NCBI GenBank assembly: GCA_965223265.1
Contig: OZ244999.1
Coordinates: 4,864,001-4,928,000 of the forward strand
Reading direction: 5' to 3'
DNA: 64,000 nt
Source of the DNA: Planctomycetota bacterium
GTDB lineage: Bacteria; Planctomycetota; UBA8108; SXIK01
A program made the translations under genes and the position numbers. Shown piece after piece: positions 28,686 through 37,600 of the stretch. Below the pieces are notes generated by a model, which ran no database searches, was not told where the DNA came from, and was given only the letters and a program-made list of their open reading frames with translations. The first letter of the stretch is position 1. Each line of letters opens with the position of its first letter.

Positions 28686-30083
28686 TCACAGAAGCGACGC
28701 GATCGGACGCCCCCCGGAGAGGATCGGCACTGGACGACCGGCGAAGTTGGTAAACTCGCGATGCGGATCGATGCCAAGGTGGCGATAGACCGTTGCCAGT
28801 AGATCCTGCGGCGTCACCGGATCGCGCGTGGGGTACTCCGACTTGGAGTTCGTCTCACCGATCACCTCGCCCATGCGCAGGCCTCCCCCAGAGATGAGGG
28901 CGCTGAACGCGTTCGGCCAGTGGTCGCGGCCGACGCCCTTTTGGCCGGAGAAATTCCGCGGCGCGTAGGTAACGCGCGGGGTGCGGCCGAACTCACCGCA
29001 GGCGATCACCAGGACCTTCTCATTCAGCCCACGGTCGTAGAGGTCGCGGATCAGCGCGCTGAGGGCCTCGTCCATCTGCGGCAGACGCTCGCGCTGCGCG
29101 TAGTCGAGGTGAAAGGCCCCCGCGTGGTCATCCCAGCTAAAGTGCTTCGTCGTGTTGTTCGGTGCGGTGGCATCGATGTTGATCACCGCGGTGCCGCGCT
29201 CAGCCAATCGACGTGCAAGAAGACAGCTCTGTCCCCAACGGTGGCGACCATAGCGATCACGCACCTTCTCGTCTTCGCGGCTCAGATCGAAAGCCTCGGC
29301 CACCTTCGAATCGGTGAGCATGCGGAACGCAGTGGCACTGAACTCGTCCAGGTCGACGCCATCGCGATCGAGGCCAGAGCGGAAACGATCGAACTGCGAC
29401 AGTAGGTCGCGGCGGTCATGCAGACGACGGTTGTCGACGCCGGTGACGAGTGTCAAATTGCGCGGCGCGAACCCACGCCGCGACGGATCGCCTGTCTCAT
29501 AGGCGCGATGGCTGGCGCCGAGGTAGACCGGACTCGTCATGAACGGCGCGCGTTGTGCGCCAACGTACTGCGGCATGCCATCGGCACGCGGCCCGCGGAC
29601 GCAACTGGCGATCATGCCGAAGTCCGGGTGCTTCGAGCGCGCCTGCGAGAGCGGATCGGGAACAGCCGGCGTCTTGCCGGTGAGCATCTCGATGCTGCCG
29701 TCGTTGTGCGCCGACATGGTGTGATGCAGCGAACGGATGATCGAAAACTTGTCCGCCATCTTCGCCTGCAGCGGCATGTACTCGCAGATACGGATCCCGG
29801 AGACGTTCGTCTGCATCGGCCGCAGCGGCCCGCGGTACTCGCGCGGCGACTCCGGCTTCATGTCATAGGTCTCAAGCTGGCTGGGGCCGCCCCACATCCA
29901 AAAGAGAATCACCGATGTGTCCGGAGCGACTGTGTCCGGAGCGACCACACGTGAGTCAGGCTGCGTCGCGGCGCGAAGCCGCAGAACGTCGGCAAGCGTC
30001 AGCCCGCCGAGTGCCAGCGTACCGACGCGCAAGAACTCACGTCTTTTAAGAGCGATAGGCCCGCGACAAGGAACAGATTGCAC
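28686..30083 (-). CDS. DUF1501 domain protein (Tat-exported)
   Basis: RREFLRVG Tat motif, [38 protein letters not shown]. Confidence 0.93.
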   Translation of the reverse strand: MQSVPCRGPIALKRREFLRVGTLALGGLTLADVLRLRAATQPDSRVVAPDTVAPDTSVILFWMWGGPSQLETYDMKPESPREYRGPLRPMQTNVSGIRICEYMPLQAKMADKFSIIRSLHHTMSAHNDGSIEMLTGKTPAVPDPLSQARSKHPDFGMIASCVRGPRADGMPQYVGAQRAPFMTSPVYLGASHRAYETGDPSRRGFAPRNLTLVTGVDNRRLHDRRDLLSQFDRFRSGLDRDGVDLDEFSATAFRMLTDSKVAEAFDLSREDEKVRDRYGRHRWGQSCLLARRLAERGTAVINIDATAPNNTTKHFSWDDHAGAFHLDYAQRERLPQMDEALSALIRDLYDRGLNEKVLVIACGEFGRTPRVTYAPRNFSGQKGVGRDHWPNAFSALISGGGLRMGEVIGETNSKSEYPTRDPVTPQDLLATVYRHLGIDPHREFTNFAGRPVPILSGGRPIASLL

Positions 30084-30205
30084 CGAGCTCTCCCGATTCG
30101 TGGTCGCCGTGCAGCAGCTACGGTTGGCTTCACCACCAACGATTCAATAACGATTGAACCCGAAACGCACTTGATCGCGCCAACAAAATACAACTGCGCT
30201 CGGTC

Positions 30206-31450
30206 TCACCTGATCTCGAATGTCCGTGCTGCCGTCTCCAGCTCGAGACGTCGCTCGACGAGGGGGAACAAATCGACCTCGAACGCCCGCGCGATGCTGT
30301 TGCCCGCAAGGTCCTCCAAAGTCTTCTGCGCCACCAGTGTCAAGACGCCACGCTGCCACGGCCGGTGCGGTGTGAACTGCCACGCTCGCTCTGCAGCGAG
30401 GACCGACGCGGTGCCTGCGAGCGCCTCGCCGTTGACGTCGTTCACCCACACCAGGCGCTGCAGCAGCGCGTGGTCAAGCGGCTCGAGAAAGCGAACGGTC
30501 AACGGCTCCATGCTGGCGGCGGCCGGCACCTCCAACTGCCACTTGTCGGGATCGGGTGACGTGTAGTCGGCCGGGCCGACGCGAAATCGTTTGCGATAGG
30601 GTTCACGCAGCGGCAGGCCCGTGGCATCGAGCCAGTCGCTTGAGATCTCCAGAACATACTCTCGTCCCGGCTCCAACACCGGGCCGAGCTCGCGGTTGGG
30701 GACGAGCTCGCGTTTGACGCGGCCCGGATCGAAAAAGAGCGTGAACCGCGTCCCCGTCGCGTCCCACAGCTCATGCTCCAGTTCAAGGAACGGCAGTCGC
30801 ACCGGATGCCCGCTGGCATCGAGAAGACGGACGCTATCGTAGGCGCGACCGCGCCCCATCGGATGGGAGAAGTGAATGTAGAACTTCAGGTGATTCTGCG
30901 GCAGCGTGTGAACGGTCGGATAGATTTGCTGCACAGCGGCCACCGGCCGGCGTGGCAGTGCCGGCACCGTGAACTCTTCAGAGATAGGATCCAGCTCGAC
31001 TGCCATGCCGCAGATTGCCGCGCGCAAGTTCACCAGCGACAGCGTCGCCCGATACCGTACGCCGGGTTCGATGGGATAGCGAGGCACAAACCGAACGGCA
31101 GTATGGTCGACCGCATAATGCCCGAGCATGGGCGGCAGGTCGACCGTACGACCGGCTTCACGCTCCATCGACTGCGGCGCCACGCGGACAGCGAAAACGT
31201 CCTTCCAGTCGACGTCTGAAAGCTGAGCGGAGGCAAGCGCAACGAGCTCAGAAGAAGTGAGGCCGACGACGCGAAACGACCCCGCCGCGTCCGTACGCTC
31301 CATTTCGATCGCCAGTCGGCGAGTTGGATGGTCGGTCGCGAGTCGACAACTCACCGCCATCACGCACATGCTCACCGCTGCGTAGAAGCCACGGCACCTA
31401 CGCCGACTGCGTAACCTTCCCGCGCGACCGATCCGGCAGCGCGGGATCAC
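30206..31450 (-). CDS. Conserved hypothetical exported protein (tandem Ig-like domains predicted)
   Basis: GTG start overlaps the upstream stop (GTGA); IYPT..TLPQNHLKFYIHFSHPM, FDPGRVKREL and LEDLAGN motifs. Confidence 0.75.
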   Translation of the reverse strand: MIPRCRIGRAGRLRSRRRCRGFYAAVSMCVMAVSCRLATDHPTRRLAIEMERTDAAGSFRVVGLTSSELVALASAQLSDVDWKDVFAVRVAPQSMEREAGRTVDLPPMLGHYAVDHTAVRFVPRYPIEPGVRYRATLSLVNLRAAICGMAVELDPISEEFTVPALPRRPVAAVQQIYPTVHTLPQNHLKFYIHFSHPMGRGRAYDSVRLLDASGHPVRLPFLELEHELWDATGTRFTLFFDPGRVKRELVPNRELGPVLEPGREYVLEISSDWLDATGLPLREPYRKRFRVGPADYTSPDPDKWQLEVPAAASMEPLTVRFLEPLDHALLQRLVWVNDVNGEALAGTASVLAAERAWQFTPHRPWQRGVLTLVAQKTLEDLAGNSIARAFEVDLFPLVERRLELETAARTFEIR

Positions 31451-32565
31451 GGCAATGCCAACGTCTCAAGGGTTAGGCCGCCGGATTCAGCATCGCGGCG
31501 AACGACGAGCGCCTGACGGTCATCGAAGAGATCGAGCTGGTTGATGCCGCTCCATGTCGAGACCGTCTCGTACGGCACCCCCTTGGTGCCACCACGTTCA
31601 ACACGCTCGGTGATCGCCTCGATGTCGTCAAAGTCATCCGTTGCGAGCTTCATGATGCCGCGACGATCATTGGCGATGAGCAAATAGTCCTTGCCCTCTT
31701 TCTTGTAGACGATCATGTCGAACGGGCGGTTGCGGTTGCCGAGCTCGGCGATCGTCGTACCGCGAACGTGCGTTCCGGGTTTCAAGTCGGTCACCGGAAT
31801 CTTCACCAGCGGGGTGCAGGTGTAGGCAGCGAATACGTAGGTTTGACCCGCGACGCCATAAGGCACAAATGTGCGGACCGGGGAGTGTGTCTCAAACTTG
31901 CCGTGAGCACCGTGGTAGATTTCGATTCCGGTGCCTTCCGCAGCACCCTTGAACGGAAACGGGATCGACCTGAGCGTTGACGCGAATTCCTCGTTCGAGA
32001 GGCCGGCGACGAGAAGACGACCGTTGAGATAGGCCATGTCCGTGACCGCCAGCACCCGCAGCGGTCGCCCACGCCGCTCCGCACCCGGTGCAGGCGGGTC
32101 CGGGATCTCGACCTTGCTGTAAAGAACACCGTCAAGCGACAGGGCGTGAAGTTTCGATTCTCGGTCGACCTTGAGAAGGATTGGCTGTGCGTTCGGACCG
32201 GTTCCCCGCGACACCGAGAGGTAGGCACTCCCTGACAGCGGGTTGACGATCATATCGTTGAAAAGCAATTTGTCGGACGTTGTCCCAAGGAGCGCAGCCA
32301 CCTTTTCGTCGAGCTTCTCTACCTTGACCGCGCCGTGCGCGCGGGCGGGCCCTCGGTCGTCCGTGGCGAGGGCGAAGATGGCCGCGCCTTGTGGGTCGGC
32401 GACGAAAAGGACGGCCTCAGGGCCGAACGCGAGCGTTCCCGCGGATTTCAGGTCGGGTTTCCCATGCTTCATGCCGGAGGTAGCGTCTGCAGACGTGGAG
32501 GAAGTGACCACGACCGCCGAGAGAAGGGCCGCTGCGAACAAGAGGGATCGCGTACTGGTAGGCAT
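31447..32565 (-). CDS. Conserved hypothetical secreted protein (probable beta-propeller)
   Basis: Signal peptide from ATG 32565 (GAGG RBS); LAFGP..VLFVAD, GLSNEEF.S, IYHGAHGKFETHSP, AAYTCTPLV, AELGNRNRP. Confidence 0.8.
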   Translation of the reverse strand: MPTSTRSLLFAAALLSAVVVTSSTSADATSGMKHGKPDLKSAGTLAFGPEAVLFVADPQGAAIFALATDDRGPARAHGAVKVEKLDEKVAALLGTTSDKLLFNDMIVNPLSGSAYLSVSRGTGPNAQPILLKVDRESKLHALSLDGVLYSKVEIPDPPAPGAERRGRPLRVLAVTDMAYLNGRLLVAGLSNEEFASTLRSIPFPFKGAAEGTGIEIYHGAHGKFETHSPVRTFVPYGVAGQTYVFAAYTCTPLVKIPVTDLKPGTHVRGTTIAELGNRNRPFDMIVYKKEGKDYLLIANDRRGIMKLATDDFDDIEAITERVERGGTKGVPYETVSTWSGINQLDLFDDRQALVVRRDAESGGLTLETLALP

Positions 32566-32689
32566 CGTAAGTTCCTCGAACCGGACAGGTTGGGAAGTCC
32601 GTTGTGACTCGTAACACCACCGGCATGTTGCCGCAGCGCACACGCAGAGACAAGCCGAACTTGGCGACGTAGAGCTCAAATAAATATAC

Positions 32690-32705
32690 TTGACTGATCG
32701 GTCAA
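32690..32705. promoter_or_regulatory. Putative TetR operator 1
   Basis: TTGACTGATCGGTCAA near-perfect palindrome in the AT-rich divergent intergenic region. Confidence 0.7.
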
Positions 32706-32803
32706 CTAAGGCTAAACTCTGAAGGTGCTCGTGCGAGTCGGACACGTCGCCAGCCGACCGATCCGCCGCGAGTGCCAGCGAACCTTCGATAGGAGATTTG
32801 ACG

Positions 32804-33391
32804 ATGCCGCGCTTCCGAGAGTTCGACCTCGACACCGCGCTCGACGCCGCCATGGAGCGGTTCTGGCAACGCGGTTACGAGGCGACGTCGATGGCGGACC
32901 TCCTCGAGGCGATCGGCATCCACAAAGGAAGCCTCTACAAGGCCTTCGGCGACAAGCACTCGCTCTACCTGGCGGCGCTCGAGCGCTACCTTGAGCAGAG
33001 CCGTGGAGATCTGAGCGCGGCGTTCACGTCAGCGCCGTCGGCTCGCGAGGCTCTCGGTTGCTGGCTCCGCGAGGTCGCCGAACGGTGCGTCTGTCAGCAG
33101 GCCGCGGCGCGTGGCTGTTTCGCAGTCAACGCAGTGGTCGAGTTGGCGCCACACGACGAAGAGGTCCGCCACGTGCTGCGCCAACACACTGTGGCCGTCG
33201 AGAAGCTCGTAGCGAACACGATCCAACGTGGGCAAGAACGGGGAGAATTCTCCCATCAGCAAAACCCGATACAAATGGCACGATTCCTCGCGACGTTCGT
33301 CTTCGGTCTCAGCGTCCGAGCCAAGGTCGCGCCGCTAAAGCAAAAGGAAGTGAACCAATTGGTTGCGGCGGCGCTTTCATCCCTCTCTTGA
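32804..33391 (+). CDS. TetR/AcrR family regulator (NemR/ComR-like)
   Basis: MPRFREFD...FWQRGYEATSMADL...GIHKGSLYKAFGDK; RGCFAVN..VEL; AGGAG RBS. Confidence 0.95.
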   Translation: MPRFREFDLDTALDAAMERFWQRGYEATSMADLLEAIGIHKGSLYKAFGDKHSLYLAALERYLEQSRGDLSAAFTSAPSAREALGCWLREVAERCVCQQAAARGCFAVNAVVELAPHDEEVRHVLRQHTVAVEKLVANTIQRGQERGEFSHQQNPIQMARFLATFVFGLSVRAKVAPLKQKEVNQLVAAALSSLS

Positions 33392-33431
33392 CGTTAAGTT
33401 GTCATGAACGTTCTCTTTTTTTGATTGATAG

Positions 33432-33447
33432 TTGACCGATCGGTCTA
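33432..33447. promoter_or_regulatory. Putative TetR operator 2, upstream of thioredoxin
   Basis: TTGACCGATCGGTCTA, 14/16 identical to operator 1. Confidence 0.7.
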
Positions 33448-33488
33448 ATATTTCAAGAGCTGTCACACCTTAAGGAAAGGAGCTCAGC

Positions 33489-33815
33489 ATGAGCAAAGCA
33501 TCTACGTTTACCGCCGAGAACTTCAACGCCGAAGTCATCGACAGCCCCACCCCCGTATTGGTGGATGCTTTCGCCACGTGGTGCGGCCCATGCCGCGCCC
33601 TCGCCCCTGTGGTGGAGGACCTGGCAACAGAGTTCGACGGCCGCGTCAAGGTCGGCAAGCTCGACATCGATCAAAACCCCGACCTTGCTGCCGCCTACGG
33701 CATCGCCTCGATCCCGACGGTCCTCGTCTTCAAGGGCGGCGACGTCGTCGAGACCATCGTCGGGCTTTACCCAAAGGAGCACTACCAAGCCGTCCTCGAG
33801 GCCGCCGCCGCGTGA
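33489..33815 (+). CDS. trxA: Thioredoxin
   Basis: WCGPC, SIPT cis-Pro loop, 108 aa, AAGGAG RBS. Confidence 0.96.
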   Translation: MSKASTFTAENFNAEVIDSPTPVLVDAFATWCGPCRALAPVVEDLATEFDGRVKVGKLDIDQNPDLAAAYGIASIPTVLVFKGGDVVETIVGLYPKEHYQAVLEAAAA

Positions 33816-33847
33816 AGTCTTCTGACGCAGTAGGCGTGTGAAGCGTG

Positions 33848-33875
33848 GAGCCCCCACCGAGAGCGGTGGGGGCTC
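33848..33875 (+). terminator. Stem-loop after trxA (probable terminator)
   Basis: GAGCCCCCACCG-agag-CGGTGGGGGCTC, a perfect 12-bp stem; the U-tract is weak. Confidence 0.6.
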
Positions 33876-34055
33876 TTGCGTCACTCTTCGCATGAGGTTG
33901 CTCGGAGGCGGAGGCAGAGGCAGAAGCCCTACAGTTGCATAATTTTTCGCAGGAAGGGCTCAGAAACCCTTTCCCTGAGGTTCGATCGGCAGTTGAAGGA
34001 CGTCGCGGCGGACTTCACGTTTGGTGAGGTTTGCTGGTGTGTCGTGTTCCCCCTC

Positions 34056-34201
34056 GCACGCCCACGCCCACGCACACGCACACGCACACGCACACGCACA
34101 CGCACACGGTCACGCACACGCACACGGTCACGGTCACGAACACGGTCACGAACACGGTCACGCACACGGTCACGGTCACGGTCACGGTCACGGCCCACGC
34201 C
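34056..34201. repeat. Hexamer microsatellite of about 24 mixed units (CACGCA/CACGGT/CACGCC/CACGAA)
   Basis: Direct reading; continuous 6-bp phase. Confidence 0.92.
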
Positions 34202-34685
34202 CTCGCAATCGCGCACGGTCTTGAGGCGCGCCTCTTTTGCAACGTTGGAGGCAGAGTCGGATCGATCACACTCGCACATTGAGCGACACCTCCAAGTCGT
34301 CGCGAGTGAGCGCGGTTGGGGGGTCTCGATTCCGGCTCAGATCGACCGTGAATCGACGTGAATCGCGGAAGCCTTCAAGCCCCGGGCCAGTCGATCGAGG
34401 CCGATAGACTCTGCAAGCGACGAGTCACGTCACCCCGACATTCTACGAACGACTCGTGCCAAGTTGCGCGGCACTGTTTTTCGATCGTCGCCAACACGAG
34501 GAATCGTCGCGTAAAATGAAACCGGAAGTCGTAGGACCGAGCACGCCAAAAAAACGGACGGGAGCGGGCAAGAAGAGGGAGGCCCAACGTCACGAGTTCG
34601 ACGCGCTCGAATCAGACGTTAAGTTAAGTGTCTTGCACTCGTTTCAAGGCACCAAAGCGAATCGGGCAACTTGAAGGCGGGCCTT

Positions 34686-37600
34686 ATGTCACGTGCACGC
34701 GCGCTCTCTCCTTCCGCGGTGACGTACGTCGCGATCGTCATCGTCGCAGTCAACTTTCTCTCGCGTGAGAACGCTCAGGCGGGCGCGAACGACTGTCCTG
34801 GCGTCTGGGACTTCTACGCCGTCGGCTTCAGCGCCGACACCATCACGGCGATTGTTGCGGCGCCCGACGGCCGACTTTTCGTCGGGCTCCGGGAAGAAGG
34901 TTTGCGCATCTACGCGCCTGGGCCAGACGGTGTCTACAGCTGGACGTTCGTCAACGCGTCCCTCTTCGGTCTGGCGAGTGACTTCATTCGCGACCTCGCG
35001 ATTTTTCTCGACGAGCTGTGGGTGGCGACCCCCAACGCCGGCATCAGCGTGATGAATTTGACCACCGGTGCGTGGAGCAGAATGAATACCTCGAATTCCG
35101 ATCTTCCCAGCAACGACGTCCGCCGACTCACGGTCGTGCCGCCGCTGCCGACAGACCCAAACCCGCTCGCGACGGACTGGTCGGTTTGGGCAAGCACGGG
35201 CAATGGCGCGGCTCGGTATCGCTTCGCCGTCCTTCCCTCCTTCGGCTGGGACTGGGTTGTGACGAGCACGCTCAACGGTCTCCCGAGCAACTCCGTGCGC
35301 GACATCGCCGTGAGCTACAGTCGGGTGGAAGATAGGAACTACACTTGGTTCGCAACCGACGACGGCGTCGTGCGCGCTTCCGGCGGTAGCCCCGTGGGAA
35401 TCGCCACCTTCGGCGACTGTCGGGTCGACTCGGCGAACCGCTTCGCCGTCGATACAGACGGCGATGTCTGGATCAACTCGCTGCGCGAAGTGCCGGCTCT
35501 CCATGGACCGAACGGCGCCGGCGGCGGCACACCGCTTGTACCTTGGGGCGTCTGCCAGGTCTCGGGGCCCAATCGCCTGGGTACGTTCTTCTACACTCAA
35601 TGGAGCGATCGCCGTGGCCAAGACATGAGTGTCGACCCTGCCGGTCGCGTCTGGTTTGCCGACCCGATACTCGACAACCTCGGGGAAGGCGCGCTCCACG
35701 ACGATGGTCGCTTCTGCGTCTTCGAGCCAGACCTCGACCCGATCGCCGACTTTCCAAGCGCCGTGCACGCGCTCGGGGAACGCACCTGGTTCGGCCACCA
35801 GGGAGCAACCCTTCTCTCGACCTACACACCGAATTGGGAACGCCACGAAGACTTCGCATCCAATCCCCAGGCGATGCTTCTCACACCGGACCGTGCCTAC
35901 GTCGGCTTCGGCGGTGCGTTCGCCTATCGCGGCAGACTTCCCGGCGATCCGTCCGTGTGGACTAACGTCAATCTTCCGGCGTTATCGTCAGTGACGGCAT
36001 TCGTTTTCTCGGAGGACGATCCTCTACCGCTCTGGGTGTCAACATCGATCGAGGGGATCTTCAACGTCGACCCTGACACTGGGATTGTCGAGACGCACAC
36101 AACCGCCGATGGCCTGCCATCGAATCGCGTCACGTCGATGGTGAGCGACAGCCGCGATCGCATCTGGGCTGGGACACGGAGCGGGCTGGCGCTGCGAGCG
36201 AACGGCTACTGGCTGCCATTGACTACGAGTACCTCTCCGCTCGTCAGCGACAATGTCCGCGCCCTCACTTTCGACGCCCTGGGACGCCTCTGGATCGGCA
36301 CCGGCGACCTCGGCATCAGCATCTTCGACCCGGCCGCGAAAGCGGACGCCTGGAGCACGCAGTCAATCGAGGATGGACTGCCGTCGCGAAACATCCGCGC
36401 CCTGGCGACTGATCAGGCCGGCTGTGTGTGGGCGGCGACAAGCGACTCCGGCGTCGGACAGTGGATTCCGACGACCGGGGAATGGACGACCCACGACGTT
36501 TCGACTGGCGCGCTTCCGAGCGACGACACGAGGGCTATCACCGCGAGCCCCTTCGGGCGTGGCCGCGGGCGGGTTTGGATCGGAACCGAGCGAGGCTTGG
36601 CACTCTTCCACAATCAGGATTGGACGCATTACCACGTCCCGGGAACGACGCTGGCCACGGATCTGATCCACCGACTGGCTGCAGACGGCGACCAGCTCTG
36701 GGTGGCCGCCGGCGACAGTATCGCCGTGCGCAACAATATCACAGGGCCGCTTGGGAACTTCACGCCGCAGATCTCGTCTTTCGCGCCCATGCAAGGCGCC
36801 CCCCAATCGCTCGTTACCATCTCGGGGAGCTTCTTCGACGACCGTGGCCCTGAGTTCAACACGGTCGTCATCGGCAACGAAGCAGCCGGATCCAATTCGG
36901 AGCCGGCACCGGCAGCCGAGATCGTCTCGGTCACTTCCTCAGAGCTCGTCTTCAGGGTGCCGCGACTCGCCAAGAGTGGCTTGATCTACGTCGAATCGCA
37001 CTGTCTAGGCACGACGAGCGCGGTTCCGTTCACCGTCGCACCCACAATCACGAGGCTGGTACCAGATTGCGTCACCACCGGCACGTTCCTCGAGATCCGC
37101 GGCGGCGGGTTTTCTTCCGCCGGTCTCTCGGAAGTGAAGATCGGTAGCGGCGACTGGCGCGCGGTCCAGATCGGCGCCGAGAGTCAGTCACCAGGAGTCA
37201 TTCGCGTGCGCATCCAGGCAGGCGACACGAGCGGCTTCGTCCGCGTCCGCAGCCTCTCGGGCGGCCCGGAGGCGGTGAGCCCGGACCCACTGCAAATCGG
37301 GACGCTCTCGCTCAATCGAGTCGAAGTGCAGCAGGGCATCCAAGGCCTCCCGCTCATCTGGGGTAAGCGCACGCACGTTCGCGTTGTCCTCGACGCGTCA
37401 GATTGTGACGGCGAAATCACCGGCGGCACGATCTACTGGCGCAAGAAGAACGGGACGCGAGCGCAGGCCGGTTGGGCGTACGCACAGGCCGGGGTTGGCC
37501 TCGCTGTCAAGGTTGATAAGGCGAACGCGGCATCCCTTACCGATGGCATCGACTTCGTCGCCGAGATGGAGTCGACGCGGAGCGGCAACACGGATCTCTT

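Noticed and set aside
33876-34361. RT/RS-, HA- or VC-repeat ORFs
   Set aside because: They are translations of the hexamer microsatellite, open in multiple frames, with no convincing RBS or domain.
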